Shown one piece after another: positions 26,713-35,471 of a stretch of 48,133 nucleotides of DNA (positions are counted from its first letter, which is position 1; each line of letters opens with the position of its first letter). This DNA is from Eubacteriales bacterium. GTDB lineage: Bacteria; Bacillota; Clostridia; Oscillospirales; CAG-272. The stretch spans positions 1 through 48,133 of the forward strand of contig JAZOAL010000083.1 in the NCBI GenBank assembly GCA_045595425.1, given 5' to 3'. Position numbers and translations under genes: made by a program. The notes beneath the pieces are model-generated. The model saw only the letters and a program-made list of their open reading frames with translations. It did no database searches and had not been told where the DNA came from.

Positions 26713-28909
26713 GAATAAGAAAAAGGTAAACTGGACTCGTATTCTTTGTCTCATTCTTGCCGTTCTCATGATCGGCGGTGCAGCAACACTCGGAATAACT
26801 CTGATCATCAGTGAAATTTCCGCGGTGAACATTTCTTATAACGAATCCGATTACACATTTTCATCAGAAACCGATGGCGATACATATATCGCCGTCGGTT
26901 TAATGTATGGTTCAAGCATCACTGTCGGTTTTGAGATCAAAGCACCTTACGGCTTCATTGTCGGTTCCACCGTTATAACGGAAGATCTGCGTTCCTTTAA
27001 TCCGATTTATTATCTTGATACTAATATTGCTTCCGCAACAGTGGATGCAAATCTCTCAAAAAAATCAATGACTTATTATCTGACCGATGATCCCGCATCA
27101 ACCGTTATCGGCGGATATCACCTTGAACTGACCAATATCCCCTTTGGTTCAATGCCCTTTGAATATCTCGTTGAGGATGTGCGATATCAGATACCCGACG
27201 AAACACTCTATCCAATTCCCACCCATATAAACGGCGAAAATAAAATCCGACTCGGTCATTATGCAACCGAAGCCGATGCTCTTGCGGCACTTGAGGTTTA
27301 TAAGTCCTGTTTCGAAAATTATGAAATGACGATCGCTTACCCCTCCGCAACTGCAGTTTCGGTCGTCAATCCCGAAACAGACCGTATTCTTTTTGAATAT
27401 GATTTTGGCGAAGGAATTGATACCCTCGGCTTTATGGCTTTTCAGGCGGATGAATACGATTCCTATATTCAAACCCCTGCAAACAATCTTTATGAAGGCG
27501 TTATGACCTTCATTCCAAAACACACAGATGCCTACACTGGAGTTGCGCTCACCAATCTCCTTGATCTCGAAAGCTATGTTGAAGGCGTTCTTCCCTATGA
27601 GATCAGCAATTCGTGGAGCCGCGAGGTTCTGCGTACCTTTGCGATAACAATACGTTCTTATGCCATCGCAAGCTACTGCAAGCGTTATAACAGCTACGGC
27701 TTTGATATGACAGCAACCCAAAGCGATCAGGTCTATAAGGGCCGCAACCGCGTTAATGATGCAGTTGTGGAAGCTGTCGAAAGCACAGAGGGGATGGTAA
27801 CGGTTTATGACGGCAAGGTCATAAGCGCATATTATTCCTCGAGCGTCGGCGGCTCAACCGTTGGATCTCAATATGTATGGGGCTCGGCGAGAGGTTATCT
27901 CTCATCTGTCCAGACTCCTTGGGAAAAATACGCGGACTACAATAACGGTCTTTGGTATACAGAAGTTACTCCGACAGAGCTTTGCAATACTCTGCGAACC
28001 AGAGGAGGTTATACAGAGCTTTCCGGTGCAATTGCTTCAATCGAGGTTGAAACTGTTGAGGACAATCCCGACTATGTCTATTCGATCACTTTCACAGACA
28101 CAAGCGGTCAAACCGTTAAGATAAACAGAAGCGACGCAGTGAGAACTACACTTTCAAGCTATTTGAAATCAGCAAACTTTTCCGTTAGCCAAGGTTCTCT
28201 TGAGCGTACATACAATAAGGTTTATGATATCGATATAGTCGGCGGAAACTCAACCGATACGCCACCTCAAGAAGAAGAAAAAGGCTTTATCATCAGGGGA
28301 TATGTTACAAACGATCAGCTCCTTATATCCGAAGCACAGGTATTGACAGACAGCGGCGAGGTCATGCCCAGTGAATATCCCGTTGCATATGTTATAACCT
28401 CAACAGGACGTAAGGTAAGCATGAATTCCTGCGTTGCAACAGCAGATGAATATGACGATGTTACTCCATTTGAATATGACAATGTCAAGGTAACGCTTCT
28501 CGATCCCGAAAATCTCCCCGAGGACTTTTATGAAGAAATTGAGGAAAACACAACGGATGAAGAAATAATCGATACCACTGATACAGAAATTCTGACAGAT
28601 GGCGATGCCGAAACTCCGCCCCAAGAAGAAGCTCCGGTCTACATCAGTGATAATGCCTATGAAGTTGTTTCAGAATTCGGCAATGTCACCGTTATTACCA
28701 CACTTGAAACTGTAACAGAAACAATAACAGCTTCCGCTTCCGAAAACTTTATCTTCTCAGGTAAAGGCTGGGGACACGGCGTCGGGATCAGTCAGTACGG
28801 TGCAAAGGATCTCTCGGATGCCGGTGCTTCCGCAGAAGATATCATCTCCATCTATTTCACCGGTGTTGAAATAGTTCACCGCGACACACTCAATAGCATA
28901 ACAGAATAA
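26699..28909 (+). CDS. SpoIID/LytB-domain protein with large N-terminal and internal extra regions
   Basis: A TTG start lies 9 nt after GGAGGTG. It has an N-terminal TM helix. SpoIID blocks are EISNSWSREVLRTFAITIRSYA, AYYSSSVGGST and SGKGWGHGVGISQYGA. It is 736 aa, against about 340 for canonical SpoIID. Confidence 0.85.
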   Translation: MSNLKNKKKVNWTRILCLILAVLMIGGAATLGITLIISEISAVNISYNESDYTFSSETDGDTYIAVGLMYGSSITVGFEIKAPYGFIVGSTVITEDLRSFNPIYYLDTNIASATVDANLSKKSMTYYLTDDPASTVIGGYHLELTNIPFGSMPFEYLVEDVRYQIPDETLYPIPTHINGENKIRLGHYATEADALAALEVYKSCFENYEMTIAYPSATAVSVVNPETDRILFEYDFGEGIDTLGFMAFQADEYDSYIQTPANNLYEGVMTFIPKHTDAYTGVALTNLLDLESYVEGVLPYEISNSWSREVLRTFAITIRSYAIASYCKRYNSYGFDMTATQSDQVYKGRNRVNDAVVEAVESTEGMVTVYDGKVISAYYSSSVGGSTVGSQYVWGSARGYLSSVQTPWEKYADYNNGLWYTEVTPTELCNTLRTRGGYTELSGAIASIEVETVEDNPDYVYSITFTDTSGQTVKINRSDAVRTTLSSYLKSANFSVSQGSLERTYNKVYDIDIVGGNSTDTPPQEEEKGFIIRGYVTNDQLLISEAQVLTDSGEVMPSEYPVAYVITSTGRKVSMNSCVATADEYDDVTPFEYDNVKVTLLDPENLPEDFYEEIEENTTDEEIIDTTDTEILTDGDAETPPQEEAPVYISDNAYEVVSEFGNVTVITTLETVTETITASASENFIFSGKGWGHGVGISQYGAKDLSDAGASAEDIISIYFTGVEIVHRDTLNSITE

Positions 28910-28920
28910 TATGATTCATC

Positions 28921-28956
28921 CGGGCTGTCTCACAAAATATGTGAGACAGCCCTTTT
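28921..28956 (+). terminator. Intrinsic terminator after the SpoIID-like gene
   Basis: GGGCTGTCTCAC-AAAATAT-GTGAGACAGCCC is a 12-bp perfect stem followed by TTTTT. Confidence 0.85.
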
Positions 28957-28995
28957 TCCTGTTATTTAATAATAAAGCACCTCTAAAAACTCGTG

Positions 28996-29215
28996 CAAAC
29001 AATAATTTGTCGAGCTGTTAGTTAAGGCAAATAAACATTAGTGAACAAGGCGAACACTACCGAAAAGTCATCCCGAGGGAAGCCGAGGGTTGGCTTCGGT
29101 TAACACTGATTTTGCGGCTTTTTATAACGAAAAAAGATTTTAGAAAGAAAAAATTTAGTTTTCCACATGAGATCCTTCACTGCAAGTTAATTTTCCCCCA
29201 AAAATTATTGTTTTA
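28996..29215. repeat. Locus 2 of the TIR-bounded intergenic repeat family
   Basis: CAAACAATAATTTGTCGAGCTG (28996-29017) and AAAATTATTGTTTTA (29201-29215) are in inverted orientation. The interior shares GTCATCCCGAG and ATGAGATCCTT with locus 1, and TTAGTGAACA with locus 3. Confidence 0.75.
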
Positions 29216-29401
29216 CGTTTCAAATACTAATTATTGTTATCAATTTTAACTGATGGAGAACCTTGTTCTGATACAAAATTTTTGTCTGATCAAGAATGGC
29301 TGTTTTTTGGCGCAGCTTACTGAAAATACCTGCAAAATGAATATATTACAGATAAAACACACAAACTTTTTGGGCGTAGTGTGGAAAAAATAGCAAAGCT
29401 A

Positions 29402-29429
29402 TTGACAAATTCATAAAATATGTTATAAT
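29402..29429 (+). promoter_or_regulatory. Putative sigma-A promoter (extended -10) of the crp-ABC operon
   Basis: TTGACA (29402-29407), a 16-nt spacer ending in TGT, then TATAAT (29424-29429). Confidence 0.7.
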
Positions 29430-29471
29430 ATTTTTGTCTCATATGATACACTTTTCAGAAAGGAATCGACA

Positions 29472-30161
29472 ATGGACAGAGAAACTCTAAAATTGCTTCT
29501 CCGTACTTCGCTGTTTAGCGGTGCAGATGAAAAATTACTGTCTTCCATGCTATCAGATAATACAATAGTCAGAACCTATAAAGCTGATGACGTGATATTA
29601 TCTCACGAAAACAACCAAAAGTACCTCGTTTTAATCCTTGAAGGCACAGCGAAGGTCTTATCTCTTGACAGTGACCGCACAGTGCTGCTTCGCACACTGA
29701 GCAATGGAGATGTCTTCGGAGTAGCAGAGCTTTTCGCAGGAAGCAATATCAGTATCAGCCGAGTGGAAGCAAAGAACAATTGCAAGGTTCTTTTCATTCC
29801 CGAGCGCAGTATGAGTCAGCTCCTTGAAAAGGACAAAACGGTAATGTATAATTACCTGAAATTCCTCTGTTGCCGTATTCGCTTTTTAAACAAGCGTATC
29901 GCCTGCTTCACAGCAGGCAGTGCAGAAAGGCGTCTTGCGTTTTATCTTGATTCGCTTGCCGAGGATGGAGCAGAAAACGCCCTTCAAATAAAAGTTACGC
30001 CCGAAGTTTCAATGGGAGCTCTTGCTCTGATGCTGGATATTGGCAGAGCCTCGCTATACCGTGCACTTGATACCCTGACATCTGATGGTTTTATTGAAAA
30101 AGACGGGAAAAGCTTTCTGCTCCGAGACCGAGAAAAAATGCTCAAAAATTATAACAAATAA
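29472..30161 (+). CDS. Crp/Fnr-family transcriptional regulator
   Basis: 229 aa with an N-terminal cNMP-binding-like beta-barrel (GDVFGVAELF) and a C-terminal HTH (LALMLDIGRASLYRALDTL). No N-terminal Fnr-type Cys cluster is seen. Confidence 0.85.
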   Translation: MDRETLKLLLRTSLFSGADEKLLSSMLSDNTIVRTYKADDVILSHENNQKYLVLILEGTAKVLSLDSDRTVLLRTLSNGDVFGVAELFAGSNISISRVEAKNNCKVLFIPERSMSQLLEKDKTVMYNYLKFLCCRIRFLNKRIACFTAGSAERRLAFYLDSLAEDGAENALQIKVTPEVSMGALALMLDIGRASLYRALDTLTSDGFIEKDGKSFLLRDREKMLKNYNK

Positions 30162-30174
30162 AGGAGAAAACACC

Positions 30175-31230
30175 ATGAAAAAACTACTCGCGATCATCCT
30201 CTCAATCCTTATGCTCACCGCCCTCGCCGCATGCGGCACCGCCGAAGTTAAAGACACAGATACCGAAACCGATGCTGTCTCTGACACAGGCACTGACACA
30301 GCGGCAGAAACAGAGGACACAGTTGACAAAACTACTCCCTTCAACATCACCGTTATCTCCGGTACTACCGGTATGGGCTTTGCCAAGATGATGGACGATG
30401 CTAAGAACGGCACTGCCCTCTTCCCCTACAATTTTGAGATCGTAAGCGGTGCAGATGTTGTTGCGCCCGCTATCATCGGCGGTACTGCCGATATTGCCGC
30501 TGTTCCCACAAATCTTGCCGCTGTTCTCTATGCTAAAACAAACGGCGAGATTCAGGTTCTCGCGGCCAACACCCTCGGAGTTCTCTATCTCATTGAAAAC
30601 GGCGAGACAGTTAACAGCATGAGTGATCTTTCCGGTAAGACGATCTACTGCTGTCAGCAGGGAGCAAATCCCGAATATATCACAAATTATCTGCTTACAG
30701 AGAGCGGCCTCGAGGTTGGCACAGATGTTTTCCTTGATTTCACATATAATAATCCCGACGAGCTTGCTACCGCCATTGCTACAGGCGAAGTTGATCTTGC
30801 AGTTCTTCCCGAGCCCAAGGTTACAGCCACACTGGCTCAAAACGAGAGCCTTCGCCGTGCCATCAACTTCTCCGATGTTTGGGAAGAGGTAAGCGGCGGA
30901 CTTCCCCTCATTCAGGGCTGCATCATTGCAAGAAAGAGCTTTATTGACGAGCATCCCGCTGAGGTTGCCGCTTTCCTTGAAGAATATAAGGCTTCCATCA
31001 ATTTTGTAAATACCAATGCAGAAGAAGCCTCCGCAATGATCGCCGAGGCAGGCATTATTCCCAAAGCTCCCCTTGCGCTCAAGGCTATTCCCAACTGTAA
31101 TATCGCATTTATTTCGGGCAGTGAGCTCATAGAGCCCATGAATGGCTTCTTTGGAGTTCTCTATGCGGCAAATCCCGCATCTGTCGGCGGTGCAATTCCC
31201 GCTGATGAGATATTCTATATTGCTGACTGA
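30175..31230 (+). CDS. ABC transporter substrate-binding lipoprotein (NMT1/SsuA-like, NitT/TauT family)
   Basis: The start is at ATG 30175 behind AAAGGAGAA. It has a lipobox LTALAACG followed by a Thr/Asp/Glu-rich linker. The family call rests on context with a NitT/TauT-type permease and ATPase and on general sequence character. Confidence 0.75.
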   Translation: MKKLLAIILSILMLTALAACGTAEVKDTDTETDAVSDTGTDTAAETEDTVDKTTPFNITVISGTTGMGFAKMMDDAKNGTALFPYNFEIVSGADVVAPAIIGGTADIAAVPTNLAAVLYAKTNGEIQVLAANTLGVLYLIENGETVNSMSDLSGKTIYCCQQGANPEYITNYLLTESGLEVGTDVFLDFTYNNPDELATAIATGEVDLAVLPEPKVTATLAQNESLRRAINFSDVWEEVSGGLPLIQGCIIARKSFIDEHPAEVAAFLEEYKASINFVNTNAEEASAMIAEAGIIPKAPLALKAIPNCNIAFISGSELIEPMNGFFGVLYAANPASVGGAIPADEIFYIAD

Positions 31231-31997
31231 TGCACCCTAAATTCATAAAATCTCTCTTAAAGACACTTGCTGTGGCCGCTTTTTGGATACTTATTTGGTA
31301 TCTCGCGGCACTGCAGGTGGGCAAAGAGCTTCTTCTGCCCTCTCCCCTTTCGGTTGTAAAAAGACTTTCCGAGCTGGCTTCAACGAGAGAATTTTATATC
31401 ACCACTGCTTTTTCGCTTCTCAGAGTTATGACGGGGATCATTCTCGCGGCTCTGATAGGAGTGATATTGGCGATACTTACCCATATCTCAAAAATTGCAA
31501 ACGCACTTGCAAGACCGCTGATCACGGTGATAAAGGCAACTCCTGTGGCATCCTTCATCATCCTTGCGCTTGTTTGGCTTGACAGGAGTGAGCTTCCGAT
31601 ATTCATTTCTCTTCTTATGGTTCTGCCTGTGGTTTGGACGAATCTGATGACAGGGCTTTCGGAAGTTGATCCCAAACTTCTTGAAATGTCAAAGGTATAT
31701 AAAGTAGGGAGCTTTCAAAAGCTGAAAAGCATATATCTTCCTTCCGTACTTCCCTATTTCACATCAGCGGCAAAAACCTCGCTGGGGCTTGCCTGGAAGG
31801 CGGGGATCGCGGCTGAAGTGCTGGCAGTACCTGCAAGATCCATCGGCAAAGAGCTCTTCAATTCGAAGGCTTATTTTGAGACTGCGGATCTTTTTGCATG
31901 GACAGTCGTTGTCATAATTTTAAGCCTCGTAATCGAGCTTGCTTTTGAAGCTATCATCGCAAAGCTTTCGGGGAAAAGGAGGGGTGCAGATGCTTAA
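31230..31997 (+). CDS. ABC transporter permease (NitT/TauT family)
   Basis: 255 aa, polytopic, with a 1-nt overlap with the SBP stop. It is typical of a binding-protein-dependent permease. Confidence 0.85.
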   Translation: MHPKFIKSLLKTLAVAAFWILIWYLAALQVGKELLLPSPLSVVKRLSELASTREFYITTAFSLLRVMTGIILAALIGVILAILTHISKIANALARPLITVIKATPVASFIILALVWLDRSELPIFISLLMVLPVVWTNLMTGLSEVDPKLLEMSKVYKVGSFQKLKSIYLPSVLPYFTSAAKTSLGLAWKAGIAAEVLAVPARSIGKELFNSKAYFETADLFAWTVVVIILSLVIELAFEAIIAKLSGKRRGADA

Positions 31998-32607
31998 GAT
32001 AGAAAAGCTCTCCTTTTCATACGGCAATGAGCAGATACTGGAAGATTTTTCGTTGACTCTCCCCAAAAACGGCGTTTTTGCAATAATGGGTCCTTCGGGA
32101 TGCGGAAAAAGCACACTTTTTGCGCTTATAAGCGGACTCCTGAAGCCATCTTCGGGAAATATCCGTCTGGAAACAGAGCGCCTTGCCTTTGACTTTCAAG
32201 ACGCAAGGCTTATTCCTTGGATGTCGGCAGCGGAAAATGTCAATTTTGTTCTCGGAGGCAAAAAAACAACCCTTGCAAAAGCAAAAAAAGCCCTCGCTCA
32301 TGTTGGTCTCGAAGCGGCTTCGGATAAATATCCCAATGAGCTTTCAGGCGGTATGCAGAAGCGTGTTTCACTGGCAAGAGCATTTGTCTGCGAAAGCGAC
32401 TTTATTCTGCTTGATGAGCCTTTTGCCGGACTTGACTCGGAAACAAAATCGGGAATAATAGAAAAAATCAAACAAATCGGCAAAAATTCGCTTGTTTTAC
32501 TTATCACCCATGATATCGGTGAGGCGAATGATTGCGCTGAAAAGATATTTGATTTTAAACAACTTAATAAAAAAAACACTGCAAATGATATGCACCTCAA
32601 AAGTTAG
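31990..32607 (+). CDS. ABC transporter ATP-binding protein
   Basis: The start is at ATG 31990 (MLKIEKLSFSYG). It has Walker A GPSGCGKST, signature LSGGMQKR and Walker B ILLDEPFAGLD. Confidence 0.92.
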   Translation: MLKIEKLSFSYGNEQILEDFSLTLPKNGVFAIMGPSGCGKSTLFALISGLLKPSSGNIRLETERLAFDFQDARLIPWMSAAENVNFVLGGKKTTLAKAKKALAHVGLEAASDKYPNELSGGMQKRVSLARAFVCESDFILLDEPFAGLDSETKSGIIEKIKQIGKNSLVLLITHDIGEANDCAEKIFDFKQLNKKNTANDMHLKS

Positions 32608-32622
32608 ACACTTTTGAGGTGC
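32592..32622. terminator. Hairpin between the convergent ABC ATPase and HD genes
   Basis: GCACCTCAAAAG-TTAGACA-CTTTTGAGGTGC is a 12-bp perfect stem. The loop contains the ATPase stop codon. No strong U-tract follows. Confidence 0.55.
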
Positions 32623-32666
32623 ATAAAGCTGCGGTGGGATTTTTGACCGATGCTATTTTAGTCCTT

Positions 32667-33272
32667 TCAATTTTGAGGTTCCTTGCCCTCAATATAATAT
32701 GTTGCCTCCATATCGGCAACAGAAAGTGCGAAAGCCAACGGGAACATTTCAAATGCGCTGCCCACATTCATTTTCTCTCCTTCGGATGCACCTGCAAAGC
32801 CCATATGATATCGTATGGCAAAGGCTTCGTCACGAGTGAGGCGCATATATCCCGAGATTATGTATACCGATTTTTCACCGTGACCGTAGGGCAGCTTATC
32901 CTCGATCGAATATGAGGGCACGCTTTTCCAAACGCCGTCTTCCTTTACATTTCTCGAACCCAATTTATAAAAATTGGTCTTGCAGATATCATGCAGAAGC
33001 GCAGCGATGGCAAGGGTTTCTTCAGTATAGTTCATTCCATAAAGCTCTTTTGATCTCGGACGCGCCATATAATCACAGAGACATTCATAGACATTGATCG
33101 AATGTTCAAGAAGTCCGCCGGGGTAAGAGCCGTGATAGCGAGTGCTGGCAGGGGCATCAAAAAAATCGCAAGAAGACGAGGTCAGATAATCAAGCAGCTT
33201 ATCCGCTCCGTCCCTTGTAATTTTCGATTTGTATATTTGAATAAATTTTTCTTTAAGCTGTTCTTTATCCAT
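32667..33272 (-). CDS. HD-domain metal-dependent phosphohydrolase
   Basis: 201 aa with TRYHGSYPGGLLEHSINV, AALLHDICK and YGHGEKS (His...HD...H pattern). The substrate is unknown. Confidence 0.8.
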   Translation of the reverse strand: MDKEQLKEKFIQIYKSKITRDGADKLLDYLTSSSCDFFDAPASTRYHGSYPGGLLEHSINVYECLCDYMARPRSKELYGMNYTEETLAIAALLHDICKTNFYKLGSRNVKEDGVWKSVPSYSIEDKLPYGHGEKSVYIISGYMRLTRDEAFAIRYHMGFAGASEGEKMNVGSAFEMFPLAFALSVADMEATYYIEGKEPQN

Positions 33273-33335
33273 TTTTTCACCTTTAAACTCTTAACTTTCG
33301 CGGATGCGAAATCATAACTTATAACTCATAACCTT

Positions 33336-33360
33336 ATGGGGCACTCAAAGAGTGCCCCAT
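33336..33360 (-). terminator. Hairpin 5 nt downstream of the isomerase-like gene
   Basis: ATGGGGCACTC-AAA-GAGTGCCCCAT is an 11-bp perfect stem. The downstream U-richness is weak. Confidence 0.55.
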
Positions 33361-33365
33361 ACCCA

Positions 33366-34334
33366 TTATGCCCAGCTCATTGTGGTGGGCTTTTCTTCAT
33401 AGATAACGATGTCTTTGAGGAAGTTTACTGCCTTTCTGAGGCCTTCGTCGATGGACATTACGCTGTCCTCATGCTCGATGGAAAGAACCTTATCATAGCC
33501 GCAGAGACGGAGATTGCTGACAAGATCTCTCCAATATGTCTCGTTGTTACCGTAGCCGACTGTGCGGAATACCCAAGCGCGGTTCAGCTCGTCGCCATAG
33601 TGCTTTGTATCAAGAACGCCGTTCTTGGCGGTATTGTATTTATCGAGCTTTGTATCCTTAGCATGAACATGATAGATCGCGCCCTTCAGCTCGCGGATAG
33701 CGGCAACGGGATCCATTCCCTGCCAGATAAGATGAGAGGGGTCGAAGTTCGCACCGATAACGTCACCGACAGCGGCACGGAGCTTAAGAAGTGTTTCGGG
33801 GTTATATACGCAGAAGCCGGGGTGCATCTCAAAGGCGATATGGTTAACCTTATGATCGAGAGCAAACTTTGACATATCCTTCCAATAAGGAATGAGCTTT
33901 TGATTCCACTGCCAGTCAAGAATGGCAAGGAAGTCCTCGGGCCAGGGGCATGTTACCCAGTTTGGATACTTTGAGCCCTCGCTGTCACCGGGACAGCCGG
34001 AGAAGCCGATTATAGTATCAACACCGAGCTTTTCCGCAAGAAGGATAGCATTTCTGAAATCCTCATCATACATCTTTGCTGTAGCCGCATCGGGATGGAG
34101 AGGATTGCCATGGCAAGCAAGAGCACATATCTCAACATCATACTTCTTGAAGGTAGCAACAAATTCATCATACTTCTTTTCATCCGCGAGAAGCTCCGCG
34201 GGATTGCAATGAGCCTTACCCGGATATCCGCCTGCACCGATCTCGGCTGTATGTACACCGAGAGAGGATAGGATAGAGAGGGTCTCATCAAGAGATTTTG
34301 AACCGTAAAGGTTAGCAAGAACACTGAGTTTCAT
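33366..34334 (-). CDS. Sugar phosphate isomerase/epimerase (xylose isomerase-like TIM barrel)
   Basis: About 322 aa with typical family character (HTAEIGAGGYPG, FEMHPG, HVHAKD, SIEHED). ATG 34334 is preferred because AAAGGA sits 11 nt upstream. ATG 34346 has no spacing to that site. Confidence 0.8.
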   Translation of the reverse strand: MKLSVLANLYGSKSLDETLSILSSLGVHTAEIGAGGYPGKAHCNPAELLADEKKYDEFVATFKKYDVEICALACHGNPLHPDAATAKMYDEDFRNAILLAEKLGVDTIIGFSGCPGDSEGSKYPNWVTCPWPEDFLAILDWQWNQKLIPYWKDMSKFALDHKVNHIAFEMHPGFCVYNPETLLKLRAAVGDVIGANFDPSHLIWQGMDPVAAIRELKGAIYHVHAKDTKLDKYNTAKNGVLDTKHYGDELNRAWVFRTVGYGNNETYWRDLVSNLRLCGYDKVLSIEHEDSVMSIDEGLRKAVNFLKDIVIYEEKPTTMSWA

Positions 34335-34377
34335 AGTTAAAAACATCCTTTCAGCAATGAAAATTTATACCATATAT

Positions 34378-34406
34378 ATGATACACTTTTTTCCCCGATT
34401 TTTCAA
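34378..34406 (-). promoter_or_regulatory. Putative promoter of the isomerase-like gene
   Basis: The minus strand reads TTGAAA (34406-34401), a 17-nt spacer, then TATCAT (34383-34378). Confidence 0.5.
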
Positions 34407-34493
34407 GTGATTTTTTCTCAAAAAGAGCATATCAGCAAACTGCACAAATCAGCGCCGCGTTTTTTGTGCAAATAATAATATTAAAAATATCCC

Positions 34494-34522
34494 TTGCTAA
34501 TAGCTATAAAATATGGTATAAT
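34494..34522 (+). promoter_or_regulatory. Putative sigma-A promoter of the rluA-family / DUF3810 / walRK-like gene string
   Basis: TTGCTA (34494-34499), a 17-nt spacer, then TATAAT (34517-34522). Confidence 0.65.
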
Positions 34523-34556
34523 ATAAGATGTATTATTATAGTTTGGCAGGTTTGAT

Positions 34557-35468
34557 ATGAAAATCGAGATAGGCGCAGAAAGAGAAGGCAAGACCGTTCT
34601 CGAAATACTGAAAAAAGAGCTCCGTCTCTCTTCAAAAATGATAACCATGCTGAAAGGACGGCAGGACGGTATTACCGTAAACGGCGAGCATGTCACCGTG
34701 AGAAGAATCCTGAAAAAGGGCGATCTGCTCTCCCTTGCGACCGAGGACAGGGACGAAAATGAAAATCTCATACCTGCAAAAATACCCCTTGATATTGTTT
34801 TTGAGGACGATGACATAATTTTGATAAACAAGCCTCCAATGATGCCGACGCACCCCTCTCACGGGCATTTTGACGATACTCTTGCAAACGGGGTTTGTTT
34901 TCATATACGGCAAAAACGTGAGGAACCCTTTGTTTTTCGCTCTGTGAACCGTCTTGACAGAAATACCAGCGGTCTTGTTCTAATCGCAAAGAACCGATTA
35001 AGCGCTTCTCATCTTTACGATGCTATGCAAAAGGGGCTTATAGAGAAAAAATACATTGCCCTGCTCTGCGGAAATCTTCCCGAAGCCTCGGGCATTATCG
35101 ACACATATATCCGCAGAAAGGAAGCAAGCATAATAACTCGTGAAATCTGTGGCAATCTACCGGACGCAGCAAGGGCAATAACAAAATATGAAATTTTGAC
35201 CTCAAATGAAAGCTTCAGTGCAGTAAAGGCGAGTCCGATCACCGGCAGAACCCATCAGCTACGCTTGCATTTTGCCCACATGGGCGCACCGATACTCGGC
35301 GATGACCTTTACGGAAAGCCTTCAGAGGAGATCGGGCGTCAAGCCTTGCATGCTTATTTTCTATCCTTTCCGAACCCACGCACAGGAGAAAGGATGACAT
35401 TTACCGCTGAGCTCCCACCTGACATGGAGGCTGTGAGTAAGCGTTATAACCTTAAGATCGAGGTATAA
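34557..35468 (+). CDS. RluA-family 23S rRNA/tRNA pseudouridine synthase (RluD-like, with S4 domain)
   Basis: 303 aa with an N-terminal S4-like region, the catalytic-Asp block VNRLDRNTSGLVL, and GRTHQLRLHFA. Confidence 0.9.
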   Translation: MKIEIGAEREGKTVLEILKKELRLSSKMITMLKGRQDGITVNGEHVTVRRILKKGDLLSLATEDRDENENLIPAKIPLDIVFEDDDIILINKPPMMPTHPSHGHFDDTLANGVCFHIRQKREEPFVFRSVNRLDRNTSGLVLIAKNRLSASHLYDAMQKGLIEKKYIALLCGNLPEASGIIDTYIRRKEASIITREICGNLPDAARAITKYEILTSNESFSAVKASPITGRTHQLRLHFAHMGAPILGDDLYGKPSEEIGRQALHAYFLSFPNPRTGERMTFTAELPPDMEAVSKRYNLKIEV

Positions 35469-35471
35469 AAA

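Noticed and set aside
29263-29294. Direct repeat TTGTTCTGATACAA / TTTGTCTGATCAAG upstream of the crp-family gene, considered as a Crp/Fnr operator
   Set aside because: It does not fit TTGAT-N4-ATCAA or TGTGA-N6-TCACA geometry. It lies about 110 nt upstream of the -35 box and the match is short.
30232-30340. Repetitive GACACA/ACCGA-rich DNA encoding a TDTETDAVSDTGTDTAAETEDT stretch
   Set aside because: This is an ordinary low-complexity linker following the lipobox Cys of a substrate-binding lipoprotein, not a DNA-level repeat element.
33311-33331. Three tandem heptamers ATAACTT-ATAACTC-ATAACCT between the HD and isomerase-like genes
   Set aside because: The repeat is very short, lies in a 93-nt convergent-to-tandem spacer, has no second occurrence, and has no recognisable function.
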